This document shows, in pieces, positions 10,201-25,200 of a DNA stretch of 64,000 nucleotides. A program made the translations under genes and the position numbers. Below the pieces are notes generated by a model. That model was not told the DNA's origin, did no database searches, and saw only the letters and a list, made by a program, of their open reading frames with translations. Where the stretch lies: assembly GCA_965644265.1 (NCBI GenBank), contig OZ286467.1:63302001-63366000 (forward strand), written 5' to 3'. Each line of letters begins with the position of its first letter. The first letter of the stretch is position 1. Source of the DNA: Glycera tridactyla. Taxonomy: Eukaryota.

Positions 10201-13200
10201 ACCTTGAGAGCAACGATAATTAGTTCTGGATTCCATAGTTGATCATCTATTCTCCCAAGTCTGTCCTAAAGATATTGGTACTCCAGATTGATCAGGTGCA
10301 TCTCGAGAAATATATGTTGACTATTTCATTCAAACGCAATGGATCATCACTGACTTTGTGTATATGAGCCTCATCACATTCGACATTCATATGTCATTCG
10401 ATCAAGTAGAAAATGTGGAAAACTATTCATGGATGGCCATTTTATCAAAAATTCTCGCACTCCAAGATATCATTATAATAGTTTATCTTACTCACTTTGT
10501 TATCTGTGTCTACTTACAGCAGCCCCAGGAGCACCTACGACAGGTACGTGAACACCAACAAAATGAGCAAGTGATTACCCATTTTCGATTTCATCATTGT
10601 TGGACTGTACCTGTATGTCCCGATCACATCTGTGGTCCATGGGCATAGACAGCAAGGTATTGAGTGTCATCGATGGAATTGGTCTAATAGAGATGGTGCC
10701 CATATGGATATATGGATGAATTGAGCACCCTCCTACTTTTGATCCTATTTATATTTATATACTTCTAAGAATCACTCTTCACTCATTCTACCTTCCTCTG
10801 TATCTCAACTGCTTCATAAATAATGCCGAAATACTTTTTGAAGACCAATAGTACTGAATGTTCATCCTTTTTGCTTTCAGAAGCCCCAGCAGTAGCTACC
10901 ACAGGTATGTTTACACCAGTTGTTATTAATTGCCATCAGTGGTACCACCAACCGCTCAGTATTGATCAAACTAATCCATATATAGAATTTCATTGTCGTT
11001 CATTTTTCCATGCATATCCTGATTAATTTCCTGGCCGAGAGGTATGACAGGAAATAAAGAAAATTCTGAATTTGATACCATCTTTCAAATTTCACTGTGC
11101 TCATATGGATATGCAACTCAATATTGCACTCTATCTTCTGACCATATCGTGTTCATGTGCCCTCCCAAGTATGTGCAAAAGATATCGGCTCTTGGTATTG
11201 AAGGTGTGCATCTGAAAGAATATATGTTGACTAAGCCATTCAAATAAAAGGAATTATTGATGGATGGCCACCTAACTGATAATCTGTGGTTTTTAGGACA
11301 TGAAGGTGTCGAGTGTCACTGTATGATCATCATGTAAAGGCTGTCTTCAATGTTATCAGGATATCAGAGAATGACATGAATGACATTCTTTTTTTTGTTT
11401 TTTGCAGGACCAGCAGCAACAACAGCAGGTACGAAAAGTAAAAAGGACGTAGACCAGGAATACAAATACTTTCAACCCACTACTCCTCTCATTTGCCAAG
11501 ATGAGGCATATTACAATTCTTAGCTGATGATAATACTGATGCAATATAAACAAATGATAATTGGAGAGTCAAGGTATTCTGTCATTGACTTGAAGTCAAT
11601 GCCGATGGTGGTTAAACAAATAGTCCCACCTGAAGGAAAATATGTTACTTTTCATCTGGTCATTGTTCCACTGTTTCCCTTGATTTGTCTTTTATTATCC
11701 CTGGTGCACCTCATCCACCTCAGTAATCCCTGAATCTTCAAGCAAGTAGACACATCATCATGTTCAATTATATGAGTCTATCTATCAAGTGAATGTCGTA
11801 TTGGTACCATGCATGGCAAGGCACAAATCTAGAATCAAGCACTTGGCAAGGTAATATTTCAGAATCTAGATCTTCAAAAAGAATGGAAGGGCTGTGCTGA
11901 GATCATATTGTCATAGATGCAATAGGCACTTTGCCTAATGCATCATCGAAAAATATCACGACAGTTTGCTCGACACAGGGATATGAAATCCAAATTTTAT
12001 TACTCAGATACTTCTCGACATGTCCTGTATCTATGTCAGCTAAAGAACATGTTGAATCTCTCTTTTGCCCATGTAGGACTGACACCATTTGCTGGAGGCG
12101 AAGAACTGACAACGACAGCAGCTGAAGAGGAGGAAGAAGTCTTCACAACTGGTAGGTTTGATGTCAAAAGCATGCTCTTGATGTATATTCTGCATTCGTC
12201 ATATGAATCTTCATATCAAAAACTTCCACTTGAAGTATTCAATATCCAATTGAATTTTCCAAAATGTTGTATATTTTTTCAAACCTTCGCAACAGATTTT
12301 ACTTCTCTTCTATTTTCAACCCTAGTATGTTATCACAAGCCACATCTGAGTTACTGGAGTCAAATTCCTAGTCTATACGGAATATGTTTGACAATTTTAG
12401 TAGAATGAGTTTCAATACTGATAGTCTTTCATGAGTTGACACTTTTCATTCAAAAATGTCAGTGCACTCTCATTTTCGAATATGCCTGATGGTAGATTTC
12501 ATGCCTCATGAAGTCAATATCCCAGCTGCTGTAAAAGCATTGAGAGACAACATTGAGAGAAAATTTCGAGAGAGAGTTTGAAACAAATGGGATTCTCGGT
12601 GCTCAATCAATCACTTCTAACAACCATGGTGACTAGCACGAAGGATTGTTGGCCAACAGTTGATACCTCTCCAGAACTTTGATTCATCCTACTTACCTAC
12701 GTACCCATCGATTTCAAAATTGATGCATTTGTCCTGTTTGAGAATATCAGAGGAAGGATGACCTTCACTGAATATTCATCTTCATTGCTTTCAGGAGCAC
12801 CAGCAGCTGCAACCACAGGTGTGTTGACACCAGTTGTTATTCATGGTCGTCAGTTGTACCAACCTCACCAAATTGATCAAAATGACGCATATATTTGCTT
12901 CCATCATAGTTCCAAATGGATTGGGCTCCCTTCTTATTCTGATCATGTTTTATTTGTGCATACTTTTGAGACCTATCCATCATTTATTACACCTACTTGT
13001 ATATCTCATTCGTTCCAATAAAAAAGCAGAATACTTTGGAAGGACTAATTTTACTGAATGATCATCTTCTTTGCTTTCAGAAGCACCAGAAGTACCCACC
13101 ACAGGTATGCATACACAAGTTGTTATCAATTACTGTCAGTTGTGCAGACCCTACCAAATCTATCACAAATGGACCTATATATATATGATTTCATCACCGC

Positions 13201-16200
13201 TCATTTGTCCATGCAAATCCCAATTCATTCACAGGCCAAGACCCATGAGAGCACATATATGGTTGTGGATTAAACATCTTTAATATTTCAATGTGTATAT
13301 CAGGAAATGCAACCTGATTGAGCACTCCATCCTCCGACTTTTCCTCTATCTGCTCTCTCAAGTCTGTCTGAAAGACATTGGCTCTGAAGATTGAAGGGTC
13401 GTATCTAAAAAAAATATTGAGCAGTCAATTCAAATGAAATGGATCACCAATAACATTGAGTATATGAGACTCATCCATGTGATTATCCATATGTCAATAT
13501 ATGGAGTCAAAAATGTTGAAATTATTGACGTATGGCTTCTTGACCGAAAATTCCGTCCCTTTGAAATATCATTACAATGGTTGACCTATCTGACTCTGTA
13601 TCTTTGTCTACTTCCAGCAGCCCCGGGAGCACCAACAACAGGTACGTGAACACCAATTAGAATCGATATTTGATTCTACTAAATAAGCAAAATGAATACC
13701 CAGTCTCGATTTCATCATTGTTTGACTGTACTTGAAGGTACAAATCAAATCTGTTAACATGGAAGGATTGAGATTCAATGTTGGTATTCGTCCCGGGGAG
13801 ATAGTGCTTTCATGGATGTGTGGATGGAATGAGCACCCTCCTCATGCTGATCATATTTCAATTTCTTATACTGCTGAGAACCATGCTTCATCCATTTCAC
13901 CCATATCTATAGCAGTAGCTACCACAGGTATGTTACACCAGTTGTCATTTATTGCCATCAGTTGTACCAACCTCTCCATATTGATCAAACTAATCAATAT
14001 GTACAATTTCATCATCGTTTCTTTGTCCATACGTATCCTGATTCATTTCCTAGGCGAGAGGCATGACAGCGAATATATAGACTTCATCCACTCCACCCAC
14101 ATCTATATCTCAGCCATTCAAATGATAATGCAGAATTACTTTGATAGAACTAATTCTACTTAATATTCACCCTCTTTGCTTTCAGAAGCCCCAGCAGCAG
14201 CTACCACAGGTATGTTCACACAAGTTGTTATCTTTTGCGGTCAGTTGTACCAACCTCTCTGTAGTGATCAAACTAATCGATATATAGAATTTTATCATCG
14301 TTTATTTGTCCATACGTATCCTGAATCATTTCCTAGGCAAGAGGCATGACAGGGAATATATAGACTTCATCCACTTCACCCACATCTATATCTCATCCAT
14401 TCAAATGATAATGCAGAATTACTTTGGGAGAACTAATTTTACTTAATGTTCATCCTCTTTGCTTTCAGAAGCACCAGCAGTAGGTACCACAGGTATGTAA
14501 ACACCAGATTCTATTTATTGCCATCAGTGGTACCAACCTCGCAAAATTGATCAAATGGACCAATATATAATATCATCATCCATCATTTTCCCATGTGTAT
14601 TCCGATTCGTTCCAGGGCAAAGAAGCATGAGAGCAACAATAATTAGTTCTGGATTCCATAGTTGATCATCTATTCTCCCAAGTCTGTCCTAAAGATATTG
14701 GTACTCCAGATTGATCAGGTGCATCTCGAGAAATATATGTTGACTATTTCATTCAAACGCAATGGATCATCACTGACTTTGTGTATATGAGCCTCATCAC
14801 ATTCGACATTCATATGTCATTCGATCAAGTAGAAAATGTGGAAAACTATTCATGGATGGCCATTTTATCAAAAATTCTGTCACTCCCAGATATTATTACA
14901 ATAATTTATCTTACTCACTTTGTTATCTGTATCTACTGACAGCAGCCCCAGGAGCACCTACAACAGGTACGTGAACACCAACAAAATGAGCAAGTGATTA
15001 CCCATTTTCGATTTCATCATTGTTGGACTGTACCTGTATGTCCCAATCACATCTGTGGTCCATAGGCATAGACAGCAAGGTATTGAGTGTCATCGATGGA
15101 ATTGGTCTAATAGAGATGGTGCCCATATGGATATATGGATGTATTGAGCACCCTCCTACTTTTGATCCTATTTTATATGTGTATACTTCTAAGAATCACT
15201 CTTCACTCATTCTACCTCCCTCTGTACCTCAACTGCTTCATAAATAATGCCAAAATACTTTTTGAAGACCAATATTACTGAATGTTCATCCTCTTTGCTT
15301 TCAGAAGCCCCAGCAGTAGCTACCACAGGTATGTTTACACCAGTTGTTATTAATTGCCATCAGTGGTACCAACCGCTCAGTTTTGATCAAACTAATCCAT
15401 ATATAGAATCACATCATCGTTCATTTTTCCATGCATATCCTGATTCACTTCCTGGCCGAGAGGCATGACAGAAAATAAAGAAAGTTCTGAATTTTATACC
15501 ATCTTTCAAATTTCACTGTGCTCATATGGATTTGCAACTCAATATTGCACTCTATCTTCTGACCATATCGTGTTCATGTGCCCTCCAAAGTATGTGCAAA
15601 AGATATCGGCTCTTGGTATTGAAGGTGTGCATCTGAAAAAATATATGTTGACTAAGCCATTCAAATGAAAGGAATTATTGATGGATGGCCACTAAACTGA
15701 TAATCTGTGGTTTATAGGACATGAAGGTGTCGAGGGTCACTGTATGATCATCATGTAAAGGCTGTCTTCAATGTTATCAGGATATCAGAGAATGACATGA
15801 ATGACATTCTTTTTTTTTGTTTTTTGCAGGACCAGCAGCAACAACAGCAGGTACGAAAAGTAAAAAGGACGTAGACCAGAAATACAAATACTTTCAACCC
15901 ACTACTCCTCTCATTTGCCAAGATTAGGCATTTTACAATTCTTTGCTGACGATAATACCGATGGAATGTAAACAAATGATAATTGGAGAGCCAAGGTATT
16001 CTGTCATCGACTTGAAGTCAATGCCGATGGTGGTTAAACAAATAGTCCCACCTGAAGGAAAATGTGTTACTGTTCATCTGGTCATTGTTCCACTGTTTCC
16101 CTTGATTTGTCTTTTTTATCCCTGGTGCACCTCATCCACCTCAGTCATCCCTGAATCTTCAAGCAAGGGGACACATCATCATGTTCTATTATTTGAGTCT

Positions 16201-19200
16201 ATCTATCAAGTAAATGTCGTATTTGATACCATGCATGAGAAGGCACAAATCTGGATTCGAGCACTTGGCAAGGTAATATTTCAGAAGCTAGATCTTCAAA
16301 AAGAATGGAAGGGCTGTGCTGAGATCATATTGTCATAGATGCAATAGGCACTTTGCCTAATGCATCATCAAAGAATATCACGACAGTTTGCTCGACACAG
16401 GGATATGAAATCTAAATTTCATCACTCAGATACTTCTCGACATGTCCTGTATTTATGTCAGCTAAAGAACATGTTGAATCTCTCTTTTGCCCATGTAGGA
16501 CTGACACCATTTGCTGGAGGCGAAGAACTGACAACGACAGCAGCTGAAGAGGAGGAAGAAGTCTTCACAACTGGTAGGTTTGATGTCGAAAGCATGCTCT
16601 TGAAGTAAAATCTGCATTCGTCATATGAATCTTCATATCAAAAACTTCCACTTGAAGTATTCAATATCCAATTGAATTTTCCAAAATGTTGTATATTTTT
16701 TCACACCTTCACAACATATTTTACTTCTCTTCTATTTTGAACCCTAGTATGTTATCACAAGCCACATCTGAGTTACTGGAGTCAAATTCCTAGTCTATAC
16801 GGAATATGTTTGACAATTTTAGTAGAATGAGTTTCAATACTGATAGTCCTTCATGAGTTGACACTTTTCATTCAAAAATGTCAGTGCACTCTCATTTTCG
16901 AATATGCCTGATGGTAGATTTTATGCCTCATGAAGTCAATATCCCAGCTGCTGTGAAATCATTGAGAGACAACATTGAGAGAAAATTTCGAGAGAGAGCT
17001 TGAAACAAAAGGGATTCTCGGTGCTCAATCAATCACTTCTTACAACCATGGTGACTAGCACAAAGGATTGTTGGCCAACAGTTGATACCTCTCCAGAACT
17101 TTGATTCATCCTACTTACCTACATACCCATCGATTTCAAAATTGATGCATGTGTCCTGTTTGAGAATATCAGAGGAAGGATGACCTTCACTGAATATTCA
17201 TCTTCATTGCTTTCAGGAGCACCAGCAGCTGCAACCACAGGTATGTTGACACCAGTTGTTATTCATGGTCGTCAGTTGTACCAACCTCACCAAATTGATC
17301 AAAATGACGCATATATTTGCTTCCATCATAGTTCCAAATGGATTGGGCTCCCTTCTTATTCTGATCATGTTTTATTTGTGCATACTTTTGAGACCTATCC
17401 ATCATTCATTACACCTACTTGTATATCTCATTCGTTCCAATAATAATGCAAAATACTTTGGAAGGACTAATTTTACTGAATGATCATCTTCTTTGCTTTC
17501 AGAAGCACCAGAAGTACCCACCACAGGTATGCATACACAAGTTGTTATCAATTACTGTCAGTTGTGCAGACCCCACCAAATCTATCACAAATGGACCTAT
17601 ATATATATGATTTCATCACCGTTCATTTGTCCATGCAAATCCCAATTCATTCACAGGCCAAGACCCATGAGAGCACATATGTGGTTGTGAATAAAACATT
17701 TTTAATATTTCAATGTGTATATCGGGAAATGCAACCTGATTGAGCACTCCATCCTCCGACTTTTCCTCTATCTGCTCTCTCAAGTCTGTCTGAAAGACAT
17801 TGGCTCTGAAGATTGAAGGGTCGTATCTAAAAAAAATATTGAGCAGTCAATTCAAATGAAATGGATCACCAATAACATTGAGTATATGAGACTCATCCAT
17901 GTGATTATCCATATGTCAATATATGGAGTCAAAAATGTTGAAATTATTGACGTATGGCTTCTTGACCGAAAATTCCGTCCCTTTGAAATATCATTACAAT
18001 GGTTGACCTATCTGACTCTGTATCTTTGTCTACTTCCAGCAGCCCCGGGAGCACCAACAACAGGTACGTGAACACCAATTAGAATCGATATTTGATTCTA
18101 CTAAATAAGCAAAATGAATACCCAGTCTCGATTTCATCATTGTTTGACTGTACTTGAAGGTACAAATCAAATCTGTTAACATGGAAGGATTGAGATTCAA
18201 TGTTGGTATTCGTCCCGGGGAGATAGTGCTTTCATGGATGTGTGGATGGAATGAGCACCATCCTCATGCTGATCATATTTCAATTTCTTATACTGCTGAG
18301 AACCATGCTTCATCCATTTCACCCATATCTATAGCAGTAGCTACCACAGGTATGTTACACCAGTTGTCATTTATTGCCATCAGTTGTACCAACCTCTCCA
18401 TATTGATCAAACTAATCAATATGTACAATTTCATCATCGTTTCTTTGTCCATACGTATCCTGATTCATTTCCTAGGCGAGAGGCATGACAGCGAATATAT
18501 AGACTTCATCCACTCCACCCACATCTATATCTCAGCCATTCAAATGATAATGCAGAATTACTTTGATAGAACTAATTCTACTTAATATTCACACTCTTTG
18601 CTTTCAGAAGCCCCAGCAGCAGCTACCACAGGTATGTTCACACAAGTTGTTATCTTTTGCGGTCAGTTGTACCAACCTCTCTGTAGTGATCAAACTAATC
18701 GATATATAGAATTTTATCATCGTTTATTTGTCCATACGTATCCTGAATCATTTCCTAGGCAAGAGGCATGACAGGGAATATATAGACTTCATCCACTTCA
18801 CCCACATCTATATCTCATCCATTCAAATGATAATGCAGAATTACTTTGGGAGAACTAATTTTACTTAATGTTCATCCTCTTTGCTTTCAGAAGCACCAGC
18901 AGTAGGTACCACAGGTATGTAAACACCAGATTCTATTTATTGCCATCAGTGGTACCAACCTCGCAAAATTGATCAAATGGACCAATATATGATATCATCA
19001 TCCATCATTTTCCCATGTGTATTCCGATTCGTTCCAGGGCAAAGAAGCATGAGAGCAACAATAATTAGTTCTGGATTCCATAGTTGATCATCTATTCTCC
19101 CAAGTCTGTCCTAAAGATATTGGTACTCCAGATTGATCAGGTGCATCTCGAGAAATATATGTTGACTATTTCATTCAAACGCAATGGATCATCACTGACT

Positions 19201-22200
19201 TTGTGTATATGAGCCTCATCACACTCGACATTCATATGTCATTCGATCAAGTAGAAAATGTGGAAAACTATTCATGGATGGCCATTTTATCAAAAATTCT
19301 CGCACTCCAAGATATCATTATAATAGTTTATCTTACTCACTTTGTTATCTGTGTCTACTTACAGCAGCCCCAGGAGCACCTACGACAGGTACGTGAACAC
19401 CAACAAAATGAGCAAGTGATTACCCATTTTCGATTTCATCATTGTTGGACTGTACCTGTATGTCCCGATCACATCTGTGGTCCATGGGCATAGACAGCAA
19501 GGTATTGAGTGTCATCGATGGAATTGGTCTAATAGAGATGGTGCCCATATGGATATATGGATGAATTGAGCACCCTCCTACTTTTGATCCTATTTATATT
19601 TATATACTTCTAAGAATCACTCTTCACTCATTCTACCTTCCTCTGTATCTCAACTGCTTCATAAATAATGCCGAAATACTTTTTGAAGACCAATAGTACT
19701 GAATGTTCATCCTTTTTGCTTTCAGAAGCCCCAGCAGTAGCTACCACAGGTATGTTTACACCAGTTGTTATTAATTGCCATCAGTGGTACCACCAACTGC
19801 TCAGTATTGATCAAACTAATCCATATATAGGATTTCATTGTCGTTCATTTTTCCATGCATATCCTGATTAATTTCCTGGCCGAGAGGCATGACAGAAAAT
19901 AAAGAAAGTTCTGAATTTGATACCATCTTTCAAATTTCACTGTGCTCATATGGATATGCAACTCAATATTGCACTCTATCTTCTGACCATATCGTGTTCA
20001 TGTGCCCTCCCAAGTATGTGCAAAAGATATCGGCTCTTGGTATTGAAGGTGTGCATCTGAAAAAATATATGTTGACTAAGCCATTCAAATAAAAGGAATT
20101 ATTGATGGATGGCCACCTAACTGATAATCTGTGGTTTTTAGGACATGAAGGTGTCGAGTGTCACTGTATGATCATCATGTAAAGGCTGTCTTCAATGTTA
20201 TCAGGATATCAGAGAATGACATGAATGACATTCTTTTTTTTGTTTTTTTCGCAGGACCAGCAGCAACAACAGCAGGTACGAAAAGTAAAAAGGACGTAGA
20301 CCAGGAATACAAATACTTTCAACCCACTACTCCTCTCATTTGCCAAGATGAGGCATATTACAATTCTTAGCTGATGATAATACTGATGCAATGTAAACAA
20401 ATGATAATTGGAGAGTCAAGGTATTCTGTCATTGACTTGAAGTCAATGCCGATGGTGGTTAAACAAATAGTCCCACCTGAAGGAAAATATGTTACTTTTC
20501 ATCTGGTCATTGTTCCACTGTTTCCCTTGATTTGTCTTTTATTATCCCTGGTGCACCTCATCCACCTCAGTAATCCCTGAATCTTCAAGCAAGTAGACAC
20601 ATCATCATGTTCAATTATATGAGTCTATCTATCAAGTGAATGTCGTATATGATAACGTGCATGGCAAGGCACAAATCTAGAATCAGGCACTTGGCAAGGT
20701 AATATTTCAGAATCTAGATCTTCAAAAAGAATGGAAGGGCTGTGCTAAGATCATATTGTCATAGATGCAATAGGCACTTTGCCTAATGCATCATCGAAAA
20801 ATATCACGACAGTTTGCTCGACACAGGGATATGAAATCCAAATTTTATTACTCAGATACTTCTCGACATGTCCTGTATCCATGTCAGCTAAAGAACATGT
20901 TGAATCTCTCTTTTGCCCATGTAGGACTGACACCATTTGCTGGAGGCGAAGAACTGACAACGACAGCAGCTGAAGAGGAGGAAGAAGTCTTCACAACTGG
21001 TAGGTTTGATGTCAAAAGCATGCTCTTGATGTATATTCTGCATTCGTCATATGAATCTTCATATCAAAAACTTCCACTTGAAGTATTCAATATCCAATTG
21101 AATTTTCCAAAATGTTGTATATTTTTTCAAACCTTCGCAACAGATTTTACTTCTCTTCTATTTTCAACCCTAGTATGTTATCACAAGCCACATCTGAGTT
21201 ACTGGAGTCAAATTCCTAGTCTATACGGAATATGTTTGACAACTTTAGTAGAATGAGTTTCAATACTGATAGTCTTTCATGAGTTGACACTTTTCATTCA
21301 AAAATGTCAGTGCACTCTCATTTTCGAATATGCCTGATGGTAGATTTCATGCCCCATGAAGTCAATATCCCAGCTGCTGTAAAAGCATTGAGAGACAACA
21401 TTGAGAGAAAATTTCGAGAGAGAGTTTGAAACAAATGGGATTCTCGGTGCTCAATCAATCACTTCTTACAACCATGGTGACTAGCACGAAGGATTGTTGG
21501 CCAACAGTTGATACCTCTCCAGAACTTTGATTCATCCTACTTACCTACGTACCCATCGATTTCAAAATTGATGCATGTGTCCTGTTTGAGAATATCAGAG
21601 GAAGGATGACCTTCACTGAATATTCATCTTCATTGCTTTCAGGAGCACCAGCAGCTGCAACCACAGGTATGTTGACACCAGTTGTTATTCATGGTCGTCA
21701 GTTGTACCAACCTCACCAAATTGATCAAAATGATGCATATATTTGCTTCCATCATCGTTCCAAATGGATTGGGCTCCCTTCTTATTCTGATCATGTTTTA
21801 TTTGTGCATACTTTTGAGACCTATCCATCATTTATTACACCTACTTGTATATCTCATTCGTTCCAATAAAAAAGCAGAATACTTTGGAAGGACTAATTTT
21901 ACTGAATGATCATCTTCTTTGCTTTCAGAAGCACCAGAAGTACCCACCACAGTTATGCATACACAAGTTGTTATCAATTACTGTCAGTTGTGCAGACCCT
22001 ACCAAATCTATCACAAATGGACCTATATATATATGATTTCATCACCGCTCATTTGTCCATGCAAATCCCAATTCATTCACAGGCCAAGACCCATGAGAGC
22101 ACATATATGGTTGTGAATTAAACATCTTTAATATTTCAATGTGTATATCGGGAAATGCAACCTGATTGAGCACTCCATCCTCCGACTTTTCCTCTATCTG

Positions 22201-25200
22201 CTCTCTCAAGTCTGTCTGAAAGACATTGGCTCTGAAGATTGAAGGGTCGTATCTAAAAAAAATATTGAGCAGTCAATTCAAATGAAATGGATCACCAATA
22301 ACATTGAGTATATGAGACTCATCCATGTGATTATCCATATGTCAATATATGGAGTCAAAAATGTTGAAATTATTGACGTATGGCTTCTTGACCGAAAATT
22401 CCGTCCCTTTGAAATATCATTACAATGGTTGACCTATCTGACTCTGTATCTTTGTCCACTTCCAGCAGCCCCGGGAGCACCAACAACAGGTACGTGAACA
22501 CCAATTAGAATCGATATTTGATTCTACTAAATAAGCAAAATGAATACCCAGTCTCGATTTCATCATTGTTTGACTGTACTTGAAGGTACAAATCAAATCT
22601 GTTAACATGGAAGGATTGAGATTCAATGTTGGTATTCGTCCCGGGGAGATAGTGCTTTCATGGATGTGTGGATGGAATGAGCACCATCCTCATGCTGATC
22701 ATATTTCAATTTCTTATACTGCTGAGAACCATGCTTCATCCATTTCACCCATATCTATAGCAGTAGCTACCACAGGTATGTTACACCAGTTGTCATTTAT
22801 TGCCATCAGTTGTACCAACCTCTCCATATTGATCAAACTAATCAATATGTACAATTTCATCATCGTTTCTTTGTCCATACGTATCCTGATTCATTTCCTA
22901 GGCGAGAGGCATGACAGCGAATATATAGACTTCATCCACTCCACCCACATCTATATCTCAGCCATTCAAATGATAATGCAGAATTACTTTGATAGAACTA
23001 ATTCTACTTAATATTCACCCTCTTTGCTTTCAGAAGCCCCAGCAGCAGCTACCACAGGTATGTTCACACAAGTTGTTATCTTTTGCGGTCAGTTGTACCA
23101 ACCTCTCTGTAGTGATCAAACTAATCGATATATAGAATTTTATCATCGTTTATTTGTCCATACGTATCCTGAATCATTTCCTAGGCAAGAGGCATGACAG
23201 GGAATATATAGACTTCATCCACTTCACCCATATCTATATCTCATCCATTCAAATGATAATGCAGAATTACTTTGGGAGAACTAATTTTACTTAATGTTCA
23301 TCCTCTTTGCTTTCAGAAGCACCAGCAGTAGGTACCACAGGTATGTAAACACCAGATTCTATTTATTGCCATCAGTGGTACCAACCTCGCAAAATTGATC
23401 AAATGGACCAATATATGATATCATCATCCATCATTTTCCCATGTGTATTCCGATTCGTTCCAGGGCAAAGAAGCATGAGACCAACAATAATTAGTTCTGG
23501 ATTCTATAGTTGATCATCTATTCTTCCAAGTCTGTCCTAAAGATATTGGTACTCCAGATTGATCAGGTGCATCTCGAGAAATATATGTTGACTATTTCAT
23601 TCAAATGCAATGGATCATCACTGACTTTGTGTATATGAGCCTCATCACATTCGACATTCATCTGTCATTCGATCAAGTCGAAAATGTGGAAAACTATTCA
23701 TGGATGGCCATTTTATCAAAAATTCTCGCACTCCAAGATATCATTATAATAGTTTATCTTACTCACTTTGTTATCTATGTCTACTTACAGCAGCCCCAGG
23801 AGCACCTACAACAGGTACGTGAACACCAACAAAATGAGCAAGTGATTACCCATTTTCGATTTCATCATTGTTGGACTGTACCTGTATGTCCCAATCACAT
23901 CTGTGGTCCATAGGCATAGACAGCAAGGTATTGAGTGTCATCGATGGAATTGGTCTAATAGAGATGGTGCCCATATGGATATATGGATGAATTGAGCACC
24001 CTCCTACTTTTGATCCTATTTATATTTGTATACTTCTAAGAATCACTCTTCACTCATTCTACCTTCCTCTGTATCTCAACTGCTTCACAAATAATGCCGA
24101 AATACTTTTTGAAGACCAATAGTACTGAATGTTCATCCTTTTTGCTTTCAGAAGCCCCAGCAGTAGCTACCACAGGTATGTTTACACCAGTTGTTATTAT
24201 TGCCATCAGTGGTACCACCAACCGCTCAGTATTGATCAAACTAATCCATATATAGAATTTCATTGTCGTTCATTTTTCCATGCATATCCTGATTCACTTC
24301 CTGGCCGAGAGGCATGACAGAAAATAAAGAAAGTTCTGAATTTGATACCATCTTTCAAATTTCACTGTGCTCATATGGATATGCAACTCAATATTGCACT
24401 TTATCTTCTGACCATATCGTGTTCATGTGCCCTCTCAAGTATGTGCAAAAGATATCGGCTCTTGGTATTGAAGGTGTGCATCTGAAAAAATATATGTTGA
24501 CTAAGCCATTCAAATAAAAGGAATTATTGATGGATGGCCACCTAACTGATAATCTGTGGTTTTTAGGACATGAAGGTGTCGAGTGTCACTGTATGATCAT
24601 CATGTAAAGGCTGTCTTCAATGTTATCAGGATATCAGAGAATGACATGAATGACATTCTTTTTTTTGTTTTTTTCGCAGGACCAGCAGCAACAACAGCAG
24701 GTACGAAAAGTAAAAAGGACGTAGACCAGGAATACAAATACTTTCAACCCACTACTCCTCTTATTTGCCAAGATGAGGCATATTACAATTCTTAGCTGAT
24801 GATAATACTGATGCAATGTAAACAAATGATAATTGGAGAGTCAAGGTATTCTGTCATTGACTTGAAGTCAATGCCGATGGTGGTTAAACAAATAGTCCCA
24901 CCTGAAGGAAAATATGTTACTTTTCATCTGGTCATTGTTCCACTGTTTCCCTTGATTTGTCTTTTATTATCCCTGGTGCACCTCATCCACCTCAGTAATC
25001 CCTGGATCTTCAAGCAAGTAGACACATCATCATGTTCAATTATATGAGTCTATCTATCAAGTGAATGTCGTATTGGTACCATGCATGGCAAGGCACAAAT
25101 CTAGAATCAAGCACTTGGCAAGGTAATATTTCAGAATCTAGATCTTCAAAAAGAATGGAAGGGCTGTGCTAAGATCATATTGTCATAGATGCAATAGGCA

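Noticed and set aside
12795-12824. Exon F donor variant gtgtgt in unit 3 as an inactivating change
   Set aside because: GT is retained and +3 G fits the consensus purine; at most a modest weakening.
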